DNA of 64,000 nucleotides from contig JBFXEV010000001.1 in NCBI GenBank assembly GCA_050179755.1, forward strand, positions 777,994 through 841,993, in the 5' to 3' direction. Each line of letters begins with the position of its first letter. The first letter of the stretch is position 1. The position numbers were made by a program, and so were the translations under genes. Of this stretch, positions 26,970 to 36,975 are shown piece by piece. This stretch comes from Candidatus Babeliales bacterium. GTDB taxonomy: Bacteria > Babelota > Babeliae > Babelales > JBFXEV01. The notes below the pieces were generated by a model. That model was not told where the DNA came from, did not search any database, and worked only from the letters and a program-made list of their open reading frames with translations.

Positions 26970-28676
26970 TTATGTTTTCTTATCATGTATTAATAATTGC
27001 TGTGCAATTTGTACAAACACTGGTGCTGCAATAACACTTGCAAGCACGCCCGGATTTTGTATTTCTTTAATAAAGGTGATAATTACTCGTTTGTAATCAC
27101 CTTTTTCCAAAATACCTGCAAACGTATAAATATTTTTATTCTCTACATATTTGCCATTACTAATTAAGCGTGCCGTGCCCGTTTTGCCCATAACTTTAAG
27201 TCCTGGAATAGTGCTTAATGATTTGGTGGTGGATGCTGCAGTTTGTTCTAGAATGTTGCGCATTTGGGCGATACTTTCTGGGGAATATAGCAAATCCGTC
27301 TCCTGCAACTCGGCCTTACGACCTCGTTCAGGAAGACCGGAATTTTTGGAATTCTTTCTATTTTCCGTTGCCATGTCTAAAACAGCACGATTCAAACTAG
27401 TTTTTGAGATTACTAACGTCGGTGGTACCATATGCCCATTATTTGCAATAATACCAATGGCCTGTGCAAGTTGCACAAGTGTTGTAGAAATTTCATACCC
27501 AAATGAAAGTGAAATAAGTGATCTATTTGACCAGCGGTGCGGCGGATTTACAAAGCCTGCTTGTTCACCGGGGAAATTAAGGCCAGTTTTTGTCCCAAAT
27601 CCTAACGTGCGGTAATGATTATATAATTTATCTTGTAATCTGAATGCAACTTTGGCAACGCCAATATTATTAGATTTTTTGATCACGTCACTAAATGGTA
27701 TGCACCCATTTGCAAATGTGGTATTCACTTTCATGCCGTTTACAAATCCGGAAAGCACACCTTCACAATCAATTTCTTCGTCAGGAGTTACCACGCCTTC
27801 TTCTAGGGCTGCAAGTGCTAAGAAAGTTTTTATAACAGAGCCTAGTTCATAGCTTTCGGTTGCTACATGTAATTTGGTTTGTTTCTGATCGATTGTTTTT
27901 ATATTATCGGTATCAAAAGTTGGATATTGCACTGCTGCAAGGATTTCACCGGTGGTAGGATCCATCACCAATGCTGCTGCACTTTGAGCGCCATGTTCTT
28001 GCGCTGCCTCTTTTATTTTTTCATATGCTAAAAATTGAATATCACGATCAATCGTGAGTTTTATTGGCTCACCTTCGTGGCCTTCAGTTTTTACTTTTTT
28101 ATCAAAATAAAAATGGCCAGAGCGTGCATCTTTTGCAAGGCCATAGGTAATAGGCGTTCCTGCAAGTTGTTTGTTATACATAAGTTCAATACCAAATAAT
28201 CCATTATTATCAATATCAGTAAGGCCAATGATTGGCCCTGCAGAACGTAACGGGTAATAACGGCTTGGTTCTTTGAGGATATGAATATCCTCGTGTGCAA
28301 ACGTTTCATTTTCAGCCAAATGGCGTTTAACAAATAAAAAGTGTGCATCGGGTCTTTTTACCAGACGTTCATATGCTTTAGGATAATTTTTTTTCAAGAA
28401 TTTTTTGAGCGAATCAGGATGCTTAAGCATTTTGGGCATAATAAATGCAGAAAGTGCATCTTTATTAAGAGCAAGAGGTTTGCCCGTGCGATCAACTATT
28501 AATGCGCGTGGCGGTAGTTGTGTGACAGTAACGTTATATTGTTTGTTTGCAAGTTGCGCAAAAAAATCTTTCTGAGTAATTTGCAGATAATAGAGATTGG
28601 CAATCATAATAGCGTATAATACGCAAAATAATAAAAATACTATTGATGAACGAGTTCTATAATTGATTGCTATCAT
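26970..28676 (-). CDS. ftsI: Class B penicillin-binding protein (FtsI/PBP3-like); start likely MIAINY at 28676
   Basis: N-terminal TM; SVIK, SNN, KTG motifs; directly downstream of ftsL-like gene. Confidence 0.88.
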   Translation of the reverse strand: MIAINYRTRSSIVFLLFCVLYAIMIANLYYLQITQKDFFAQLANKQYNVTVTQLPPRALIVDRTGKPLALNKDALSAFIMPKMLKHPDSLKKFLKKNYPKAYERLVKRPDAHFLFVKRHLAENETFAHEDIHILKEPSRYYPLRSAGPIIGLTDIDNNGLFGIELMYNKQLAGTPITYGLAKDARSGHFYFDKKVKTEGHEGEPIKLTIDRDIQFLAYEKIKEAAQEHGAQSAAALVMDPTTGEILAAVQYPTFDTDNIKTIDQKQTKLHVATESYELGSVIKTFLALAALEEGVVTPDEEIDCEGVLSGFVNGMKVNTTFANGCIPFSDVIKKSNNIGVAKVAFRLQDKLYNHYRTLGFGTKTGLNFPGEQAGFVNPPHRWSNRSLISLSFGYEISTTLVQLAQAIGIIANNGHMVPPTLVISKTSLNRAVLDMATENRKNSKNSGLPERGRKAELQETDLLYSPESIAQMRNILEQTAASTTKSLSTIPGLKVMGKTGTARLISNGKYVENKNIYTFAGILEKGDYKRVIITFIKEIQNPGVLASVIAAPVFVQIAQQLLIHDKKT

Positions 28677-28938
28677 GTGCGTGCCGTATTTGGTTAAGGG
28701 CAATGTGCTTCATATGTAAGGTTTGTAGCGCGTATTTTTTTATTGCTTCAGGATCTTGTAGTTTATTCAAGCGCTCGTTAAGTGTATTGTGCTCGGCAAT
28801 AAGTTCACGTTGCTCTTTTTCAAGCCGTTGCTTTTCAAATGAGAGTTTAATAAATGAACTTTGTTTGTGTATTTGCAAGATAATTAAAAGTATCTGCATT
28901 CCCACAAAAAAACTCAAAAAATAGATTTTTTTGTTCAT
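28657..28938 (-). CDS. ftsL: Cell division protein FtsL-like
   Basis: Small TM + coiled coil, L.DP..I...A...L.M motif, upstream of ftsI. Confidence 0.7.
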   Translation of the reverse strand: MNKKIYFLSFFVGMQILLIILQIHKQSSFIKLSFEKQRLEKEQRELIAEHNTLNERLNKLQDPEAIKKYALQTLHMKHIALNQIRHAHDSNQL

Positions 28939-29073
28939 ACTAGTTTCCTTAAAGAATAATTATTATTCTTGTTCTGTTACTAGCATAAAGGGAAGTGACG
29001 AGATTTAGAAAGAGTTTATGCAAAAACAATAAGGCACATACTTGTTTGCATGATAAGAAAGAAAGATTATTTT

Positions 29074-30996
29074 TTAATCCTTGGAATTAATGGCTGCTTT
29101 ATAAGAAGATTCTTTTACTAACATTAGTTCGCGTGGAAACAATCGATTGAAAGCACGATTATTTTGAACATGACGCTCCAAGCGTCTTTCATATTCCTCA
29201 AGAACTTCATGATATTCTTCATGATTACGATGCAAAGCTTGTATATTTGTTTCAGCTTGTTCGTATTCTTTTTCTAAAAATGTGGCAAGTTTTTCTTCGC
29301 TTCTTAGATATTCTTGCAATTCAGCATATTGATCTCTTTGTTCTTTAGTTAATTTATTAAAATCAGGTTCTAGTAGTTGTTGTAATTTGTCATAAGCTTC
29401 ATTTATTTTTCTTTGTTGTTCTTTAGCATTAAGATCAGTGTTTTTGTCTGGGTGATATTTTAGACTAAGTTTGCGATATTCTTTAGTTAACCGTGATTTA
29501 TGAATTGCTGAAAAGTCGCTTGGATCAATATCAGTAATTTCAAGAGTAGCAAGAGCTTCTTTAATGTCAGTGGGCATGTTAAGAAGATCGGCCTTTTTCT
29601 TCTCTAATTCTTTTCTTATATCATTAGTTGTTTTATTAAGCCGAGCATATTCAGATTTTAAATACGCTTCATGAGCTATATTATTTCTAGTATTTAGTTC
29701 TCGATAGTAGCCATAAGCTTCAAGATCTTCATGTCCCCGAATTACTGCATGCCAATCTGCAAGTTGAGTTCTCATTTCATGTTCTTGTGCTAATATATGA
29801 TCTTCCGGTTGTGCGTTAGTTTCCAGTGCATTAATGCATGCATCAATCCATGCAACTAATTGTTTGCACCAAATTGTAGTGTTGTACTTATCTGCAGCTT
29901 GTTGCACCGCGTTGCCCACATTTTGCATCTGAGCAACAGCGTTAGTATAACCATTGACTGCTCGCTCATCATCTTGCAATAACTGCATATAGAGCATGAT
30001 TTCCGGGTGTTCTTGCGTTATTTGTTGGATGCGCGCTTGCATTTCTTCTGTAAGCGTAATCAGTTGCGCTGCAAGTTCAACATATTCTTTTGAAGCAGGA
30101 TACCCACTTATAAATTGCCTATATTCTGCCAAAATATTCTCTGCAAGGGCCTCTTTTTGGGTTTTGGTTAAATTTGGGTTTTTTGCCATAACCAGAAGTT
30201 TTTTTTGGACCTCTTTTTCTTTAGCTTTGATTAAAGGTAGTACCTTATGCAGTTCGGCATCTTGAGTTTTTTTCTCAAGAAGTACTTGTAGTTCTTGTAT
30301 TTTTTCTTGGTGTGTAGCGATAATGGTGTCATTCTCAAGAGCTTGAAGCGCAGCTACCATTTTGGGATTTTTTTCCTGCTCGTTAAATTTCTTTCGCGTA
30401 GCAATTAAAAAACGTTCCCATTGTTTTAATTTAGGAAAAATCTTGCGAGCCATATTTTCTTCATGATTTACGCGTTGAGCGTGAGAAACTAGCTGCTGTG
30501 GAGGTGGCGCATGCATAAGCACTGCGCATAGCGATTGTTTGCCTTGAGCGCTTTCTAAAAAGGGTTTGTCTACTTCTTGAGCAAATTGTGCAGTATAGAG
30601 TGTTACACCTTGATATTGTTTTTGCAACTTGCCGGGTTGCTCAGGCATAACAATTGTTTTTACTATTTTTATATCTTCAGGATGAATTTGGGTATTTTCA
30701 ACTAATGCTTTAAAAGATTGAAGATTTTTAATGAGCATCGCACGTTCATCACGTGTTAATGTTGCCCCAATTGCACCGTTTACTTGCGCAGCTTTATATA
30801 CCAAACGTTGCTTGGGGATTTCGGTGCGTAGCTTAGTGCGTGTAGTTTTAAATTGATCAAGTAATTGGCTGCCCCATGCAAGAGAACGAGCGAGAAACCC
30901 TTCAGTTTCTCGCCCATAAAGATCATTAGTAAGTATAAAGAGCGATAAGCTCAGAACAATAATTGCGTGTAAGTGCTTTGTAATCGTGTTATTCAT
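29074..30996 (-). CDS. Secreted coiled-coil protein with internal DnaJ J-domain
   Basis: Signal-like N-terminus; YRKLSLKYHPDKN...INEAYDKL. Confidence 0.88.
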   Translation of the reverse strand: MNNTITKHLHAIIVLSLSLFILTNDLYGRETEGFLARSLAWGSQLLDQFKTTRTKLRTEIPKQRLVYKAAQVNGAIGATLTRDERAMLIKNLQSFKALVENTQIHPEDIKIVKTIVMPEQPGKLQKQYQGVTLYTAQFAQEVDKPFLESAQGKQSLCAVLMHAPPPQQLVSHAQRVNHEENMARKIFPKLKQWERFLIATRKKFNEQEKNPKMVAALQALENDTIIATHQEKIQELQVLLEKKTQDAELHKVLPLIKAKEKEVQKKLLVMAKNPNLTKTQKEALAENILAEYRQFISGYPASKEYVELAAQLITLTEEMQARIQQITQEHPEIMLYMQLLQDDERAVNGYTNAVAQMQNVGNAVQQAADKYNTTIWCKQLVAWIDACINALETNAQPEDHILAQEHEMRTQLADWHAVIRGHEDLEAYGYYRELNTRNNIAHEAYLKSEYARLNKTTNDIRKELEKKKADLLNMPTDIKEALATLEITDIDPSDFSAIHKSRLTKEYRKLSLKYHPDKNTDLNAKEQQRKINEAYDKLQQLLEPDFNKLTKEQRDQYAELQEYLRSEEKLATFLEKEYEQAETNIQALHRNHEEYHEVLEEYERRLERHVQNNRAFNRLFPRELMLVKESSYKAAINSKD

Positions 30997-31074
30997 ACTT
31001 TTACTTTAGCCCCTTTGCATAAAAAAGTCTAGAATAATGCGCTCTGTTAACGTTAATAATTTACTTGTGCACTC

Positions 31075-32592
31075 TTAATTTCTAAGAAATTCAGCTTCTG
31101 CATCATTGTTATTGTTAGCATTATTATTATTGGCTGTCGCTTGCGCTTGTTCACCTTGAGCTTGTGTTGCTTGTTCAGCTGGCGCAGCAGATTGTGCAGC
31201 AGGATTTTCATCTGCCACAAAATCAGGAGCTTCAGTTGTGACGCCTTGCGTGTACTGTTCTTGCAACGCTTGTTCCACTTGTGCAGCATCTGGTTGCGCG
31301 GCTGGCGTAGCAGCTTGTCGTTCAACATTTTTTGCAGGTTCGGTAGGAACTTCTGGGTGCGCCGCTTGTTGCTCAACTTGAGCAGAAGCTACTTGTTCTG
31401 GAGCTGCTGCATCAGCAGGAGCTGCGTCATGTGCTGCTGGGAACAATTGGTCAAGCAGTTCATGCGTTAATAATGCGCCGCCTGATGTTGCTTGAGCTTG
31501 GGCAGTTGGTGTTTGATCAGCTTCTGTTAATGCTGCTTGCAATTCTTCACTTGGCGTTACACCTTGTGCAGCAGCATCTATTGCTGCATCTAAAGCCTGC
31601 GTTGCGGCTTCAATTGTTGGTGCGGCAATGAGTGATTTTTGAGGAGCTCTAGTTGTACCATCTTCTTCTATGAATTCCATTTCAAGATCGTCAGTAGTAA
31701 CTTGTGAACGAGTTATTGGCGCACCATCGGCAGTGTCATTACCAACATTATTGTTATTGTCAGCGCTCATAGGAACTGTACGTGTTGGAGCTGCTGTAGC
31801 GTCTGTTGAATGTGCTGGTGTCGTTGTATCATCAGCAGCAACAGTTGCTTGAGCTTCTTCTAAAGTAAGAACAGCAATCAGTTGTTTTTGTTTGTTAATT
31901 AATTCAAGATATTCTGGCTTTATGCTACCATCAGCATTAATACCATTTTGTTGTAATATGCTTAATACAAGTTTGGCATCGTGTAATTTTTCAACTGCTT
32001 TTGCTTGGCGAGTATCACGGCAACCTTTTATAATTTCTTTTATGGCTCTATGCAAAGTGGCAGCTCCTGCTCCCGCAGCTCCTGCGAGCGTTAAACTCAA
32101 TTGTACGGTATCAAGAGTTGTATTAGTTCCAGCATTTTGGGCATAGCGTGCGGCAGTAAGTGCAAAGGCAACTGCTGCACCTAGTGTTGCAAAACTAGGT
32201 GCAACGGCAAATTTAAAGCGGGGGAATATTTGTTCTAATTGGCTATGTATTAATTTACTTTGTTCGGAGTTTAAATTAGTGTTGACTAATTCAAGTGCGC
32301 TTACTAAGGTAGCGGCATTTGTTGGCTGAGGTGCAGCGGCATCGGCTCTTGTGGCATCATTAACTCTTGGTTGTGCAATAAGTGCACAAATTCTGCTTGC
32401 TCCGCCATAACGAATTGCGCTTACTAAATCTATGTCTAATGCAGGGTTGCTTTGTAAGCCAGCTTCAAGATCTAAAATTGCGTGTGGTTGTTTTGCGGCA
32501 ACTGGTGCTGGTGCTTGATTTTGCGGGACTAGTTCCATGCTCAATGCAAAAGTGGGTAGTAAAACACCAAGCCCTAGTAATTTTATTTTCAT
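31075..32592 (-). CDS. Secreted protein with hydrophobic hairpin and long Ala/Gln/Pro/Thr-rich disordered tail
   Basis: Signal peptide then MELV; two hydrophobic Ala/Gly-rich helices; RBS aaggag. Confidence 0.8.
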   Translation of the reverse strand: MKIKLLGLGVLLPTFALSMELVPQNQAPAPVAAKQPHAILDLEAGLQSNPALDIDLVSAIRYGGASRICALIAQPRVNDATRADAAAPQPTNAATLVSALELVNTNLNSEQSKLIHSQLEQIFPRFKFAVAPSFATLGAAVAFALTAARYAQNAGTNTTLDTVQLSLTLAGAAGAGAATLHRAIKEIIKGCRDTRQAKAVEKLHDAKLVLSILQQNGINADGSIKPEYLELINKQKQLIAVLTLEEAQATVAADDTTTPAHSTDATAAPTRTVPMSADNNNNVGNDTADGAPITRSQVTTDDLEMEFIEEDGTTRAPQKSLIAAPTIEAATQALDAAIDAAAQGVTPSEELQAALTEADQTPTAQAQATSGGALLTHELLDQLFPAAHDAAPADAAAPEQVASAQVEQQAAHPEVPTEPAKNVERQAATPAAQPDAAQVEQALQEQYTQGVTTEAPDFVADENPAAQSAAPAEQATQAQGEQAQATANNNNANNNNDAEAEFLRN

Positions 32593-32628
32593 TGTGAACT
32601 CCTTATATTTTTTAAAAATTAATAATTC

Positions 32629-33222
32629 TTATTCATTATGAGTATCAGATAGTATTGCTGATTGATTGATGGTTCCTTTCTCTTGTAATTGCTTCATGCC
32701 TTGCAATAATTGTAGCAAGACATCAAATTCTTCAATTTTGTCTTTGTATTCTTTCATGGTCCAGTGCCTGTAAGCGTTTTTTGCAGCGCTCTCTAATGAT
32801 AATACAAAATAGATGCTTGAAAGTGCAATAATTACTTTTTGACCAGAAATAATGCCGTCAGAAAGACCAATGCATAATGTGGCGAGCGGCAAACCTAAAT
32901 CAATCGTAACCGCGCGCAATTTGTTCCATATTTTTTTACTTCCGCAGGGAGCATATAAAGATGCAAGTTGATTATCTCTATGTTCTTTTACTTCTTCCAT
33001 GATCCTGTCATTCAAGGGGTACGTAGTGCGCGCCGTTGGTGGATTTTCAAAAAGTTCTTGCAAATGTTCGTGGTTACGAGTTTCTATACAATTGATCACT
33101 GAACGTGTCCACAATTTTACTCCCATGTGTTGCGGCACTGGGAGCGGCCGGACGAGATTTGTAGGCTCCATGCAACGTAATTGCATGCTTATGAACAAGC
33201 TGCATAGTAGTAAGCACTTCAT
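32629..33222 (-). CDS. Secreted protein with hydrophobic hairpin
   Basis: Signal peptide then MEPT; two hydrophobic helices; ATGA overlap with upstream gene. Confidence 0.78.
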   Translation of the reverse strand: MKCLLLCSLFISMQLRCMEPTNLVRPLPVPQHMGVKLWTRSVINCIETRNHEHLQELFENPPTARTTYPLNDRIMEEVKEHRDNQLASLYAPCGSKKIWNKLRAVTIDLGLPLATLCIGLSDGIISGQKVIIALSSIYFVLSLESAAKNAYRHWTMKEYKDKIEEFDVLLQLLQGMKQLQEKGTINQSAILSDTHNE

Positions 33223-34073
33223 TTTTTTACCTTAAGTGGAATGCCTTCACCAAATTGTTCATCTATGGTTTGATCACTACTATCCTGTGAAGGAACTCGA
33301 GAAATCGTACGTTCTTGTTGGTCATGGTGTTCACTTGCTGCAAGTAATCTTTTCAGGAGTTGCTGATTTTCAAGAACGGTTCTTTCAACGCTTTCTTGCA
33401 TGGTAACAGAATGCTCGGCCAATAGATAATATTCATATTTTGCTTGCTGTGTTTTTAAGATGCGTCGCCGCCAAGCATTAATGAGAGAAAAAGGCAGTTC
33501 TCCCGCAGAAGCAAGGAGTGAGCCGATTGCGGGAGCGGCATTTGCAGCAGCTTCTATATAGTTACCAGGGGTTTGATCAAGTATAATTTTTGCCGCTCTA
33601 ATAATGCCCCAGGTTGCAAATGCACCTTGAGCTACTTTTAACCCTACAATAAGAGTGGGTGCCGTATAACGGTTCCATACATACACCATATTGCAACATT
33701 TACAGCATTTTGCCTCAGGCTCTGATTCATTAGTGAGAATACGCACTTCACGCGCTTTATGTGCTTGAATTTGTTCTAACGCATTTTCATAGAGTTGAAA
33801 ATGAAAGCCACGTTGAGGTTGAGGCTGTTGAGATAACAGAGTAACAAGTCGTTGTGTTTTGCATTCTGCAAGAGCGGTGGAAAGTTCATTTTTCCACGCA
33901 TTGGGTGTAAGTCGTTCGTCTACTATAGATAATGCAAGCGCATCAGAATGCTCGCTACCTGATATATTACGCAAATGAAGCGTACTTGCGGCGTTGTTTG
34001 ATGTAGAGACAGGTTCCATTGCACATAGATTTGAGCAACATATACTTACTAGCATTATTAGTAGAATGTTCAT
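33219..34073 (-). CDS. Secreted protein with hydrophobic hairpin and CCKCC motif
   Basis: Signal peptide then MEPV; Cys cluster preceding hydrophobic helices. Confidence 0.78.
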   Translation of the reverse strand: MNILLIMLVSICCSNLCAMEPVSTSNNAASTLHLRNISGSEHSDALALSIVDERLTPNAWKNELSTALAECKTQRLVTLLSQQPQPQRGFHFQLYENALEQIQAHKAREVRILTNESEPEAKCCKCCNMVYVWNRYTAPTLIVGLKVAQGAFATWGIIRAAKIILDQTPGNYIEAAANAAPAIGSLLASAGELPFSLINAWRRRILKTQQAKYEYYLLAEHSVTMQESVERTVLENQQLLKRLLAASEHHDQQERTISRVPSQDSSDQTIDEQFGEGIPLKVKK

Positions 34074-34154
34074 GGCGTGCCTTTTTTTTAGATTACACTA
34101 CCATGAGAATACCACACTAAAAAATATTTGCGAACATCGTATTATGCTCAAATT

Positions 34155-36785
34155 TTAGAAGTTATGATACATCGTTAAGTGAGCTTCTGAAGCAGGCTCA
34201 TTCTTTTTGCGATCTAACTTAAAGCCCCAGTCAAGCTTTACTGGTGTTGGGCGTAATAAACGTAAACCAAATCCTATTGCATGACGGTACCCAAAATTAT
34301 TATTGCGTAGATTATTCTTTGAAATAAATCGTGCATCTGGCGTATCCCAACCAGCACCACCGTCATAAAAGAATGCACCTTTCATAGAAAGATCGCCTGA
34401 TACTGGGAAAATAAGTTCAGCATTGAGCCAGAGTGCTTTGGTACCACCAATTGATTCGGTGTTAAGCCATGTTGGTCCAATTTGCCCGAACAAGAAACCA
34501 CGAACTGACGCAGGGCCACCAATATGATACAGTTCACGGAATGGAATTTGCGTATCTTTAAAGGTACTTACAATACCTGCGTGCGCATGCAAACAAAATA
34601 CTAAATCATGTTCGCCAATAAGTGGTGTGTACCAGCTTGCATCAGCATCAATTTTCCAATATCCAAGGCGCTGTGGGTCAAACGGGCGTGGTATAATAAC
34701 GCCAGTAGAAGTATCGTTTTCTGTAAGAAAGGTGCGCGTATTTGCAGGAATACCAATTTTAAAGTAGGCATTCCATTGATACCCTCTGCTTGGGTGCATT
34801 GGGTGATTACGCAAATCAATAGAAGCGTGTGCGCCAAACCAAGGGAAAAATCCTGGTAAAAATCGTCTATCAAGTATTTGTTGATATTCAGTGACTAATA
34901 CTTCACCCAAGCCTTCTTTTGGTGCTGGTCTGTTAGTATAATGAATGTCATTCACCCCAAGCTCAAATGCAAACAAGGTATTATTAAGTTTTTTTGAATA
35001 AAAACCAGTATTTAGTGAGCCGCCTGCAAATCGTTCTTTAATTTCACTTCTTGTTTGATCTAAATCCTCATAGTTTGAGAACTTATAAAATGCATCAAAA
35101 GAACCATAGATTGGTTTATCAAATAACCATGGTTCCGTTACGTTTAAGTTAAATGAATATCGATCTTTTGAAAGTTCAACGCCAAAGTCACCTTGTATAC
35201 CTAACCCTAACAAGTTAGTATCACTAATATTACCACCAATGCTAAAAGCAGAGTTAGGGTTAGTGATATCGGTTGGTGAACCACCAAAACCAATTTTAAA
35301 GTTAACCTGGCCAGTTTTTACTTCTTTTAAAATAAGATCTAAGTCAGCAAGATTTTTGCCAATACGATTAATTTTCCAGTTTACGCCATCACGCTGATCA
35401 AAGTAACCAAGATTTTCAACGCGGAGTTTAGACGCATCCAAGTTATTGGTGGTTAATAATTCGCCTTCTTTGAGTAATAGGTTTCTGCGGATAATGCGGT
35501 CACGCGTTTTTGCATTACCAATGATCGTGATACGATTTAAATGAACTTCAGAGCCTAGCTCAGAATAAAAAGTAATGTCTACCGTTTTAGAATCTTCGTC
35601 TGGCTGAATTGATGGTGCAATGTCAGCATAAATATAGCCATATTCACCCCAGAGTAAGCGCAAGTTTTCCATATTCTCGCGAATTTTATCTTTAGAAAAT
35701 AATTGCCCAGGTTTAATGCTAATTTTTTGGAGTATTGTTTCTTCATCAAGAATTTCATTACCAGGAGCGCGAACGGTATTTATGCAATATTGCTCACCTT
35801 CATCTACATAAAAGGTTATGTAAATATCTGGGCAGTCAGGATTAATATCAATTTTTGCATCATAGACGCTTGCGTGTAGAAAACCATTACTTTGGTAAAA
35901 GTTTTCAATAACATATTTATCAGCTTCTATTGCTTCTGGTTGATATGAGCCTGCGCGGTTTAAAAAGCCAAGCACCCAATCTTCTCGCGTGAAGATTAGG
36001 CTACGTAATTTTTTACTGCTAAACGCGTTATTTCCTTTAAAATATACACGCTTAATGAATGATTTTTTTTCTTCATTAATGGTAAATATGATATTTACCG
36101 CACCATTGATGCGTTCAAGATGTGCTTCTACGCCTACCGAGTGATAGTTTTTTTCACTATATAATTGTTTAATGACACTTATATATTTGCCTAAATCTTC
36201 TTGATCCACTACGGCAAGATCATCAAGAGGAATTTTCTTTTCTATGTCCGCTTGAGATAAGTGTTTGTTTCCTCTGAAAATAACATCATTGACCGTATCT
36301 TTTTCATCAACAATGATAATAAGGTTTATGCCATCGGTGCCTACATGCTCTGCTGCAATTTTAATATTTCTAAAGTAGCCAATGCCAAATGGAAGATTCC
36401 CGAGCGAATAAACACTTTGAATGAGTTCTCGTGTGCGGCCTGCTTCAAATAGTTCTCCCACTTGATATGGTACGCGATTGGCAATAGCTTCGGTAGGGAC
36501 TGTTCTGTTACCTTTTATACTAATTTTTTTTATATAGCGCGGTGAACTTATTTGAACTGGTTGAGGTGCAGGCTCTTGTTGCTGATCTTGTTCATCAAAT
36601 TCAGCATCGTCTTCTTCATCAAAGTCCGTATCTTGGTATTGTTCATCTTGTTCTGATAGTGTTTCTTGTGCATCAGTATTCGCTGTTGCTATCTCTTGCG
36701 CAGTGCTTACAACCGGTGTAAAAACAAGCAAAAAGACAAAGATAGCATATATAAAAGAATAGGTAATACCCGGGGTGCGTGGCAT
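34155..36785 (-). CDS. bamA: Outer membrane protein assembly factor BamA
   Basis: POTRA repeats (I.I.GN, F.GN), VRGF motif, C-terminal barrel ending in Phe. Confidence 0.95.
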   Translation of the reverse strand: MPRTPGITYSFIYAIFVFLLVFTPVVSTAQEIATANTDAQETLSEQDEQYQDTDFDEEDDAEFDEQDQQQEPAPQPVQISSPRYIKKISIKGNRTVPTEAIANRVPYQVGELFEAGRTRELIQSVYSLGNLPFGIGYFRNIKIAAEHVGTDGINLIIIVDEKDTVNDVIFRGNKHLSQADIEKKIPLDDLAVVDQEDLGKYISVIKQLYSEKNYHSVGVEAHLERINGAVNIIFTINEEKKSFIKRVYFKGNNAFSSKKLRSLIFTREDWVLGFLNRAGSYQPEAIEADKYVIENFYQSNGFLHASVYDAKIDINPDCPDIYITFYVDEGEQYCINTVRAPGNEILDEETILQKISIKPGQLFSKDKIRENMENLRLLWGEYGYIYADIAPSIQPDEDSKTVDITFYSELGSEVHLNRITIIGNAKTRDRIIRRNLLLKEGELLTTNNLDASKLRVENLGYFDQRDGVNWKINRIGKNLADLDLILKEVKTGQVNFKIGFGGSPTDITNPNSAFSIGGNISDTNLLGLGIQGDFGVELSKDRYSFNLNVTEPWLFDKPIYGSFDAFYKFSNYEDLDQTRSEIKERFAGGSLNTGFYSKKLNNTLFAFELGVNDIHYTNRPAPKEGLGEVLVTEYQQILDRRFLPGFFPWFGAHASIDLRNHPMHPSRGYQWNAYFKIGIPANTRTFLTENDTSTGVIIPRPFDPQRLGYWKIDADASWYTPLIGEHDLVFCLHAHAGIVSTFKDTQIPFRELYHIGGPASVRGFLFGQIGPTWLNTESIGGTKALWLNAELIFPVSGDLSMKGAFFYDGGAGWDTPDARFISKNNLRNNNFGYRHAIGFGLRLLRPTPVKLDWGFKLDRKKNEPASEAHLTMYHNF

Positions 36786-36975
36786 AGGTGCTCCTGCAAT
36801 ACGGCAAGTCTTATGTTCTACAAATTAAAAATTAAGGTACTCGCTTTTGTTACTTTTAAGTAACTCGAGTGTACATAATAGATGATACTTGGCCAGGAAA
36901 TGGCTCATTTTTTTTCACTACTAGTGTATAGTATTAATGGTTAATTTCAATGAAAAAGCAAGAATAGGGCGTTCT

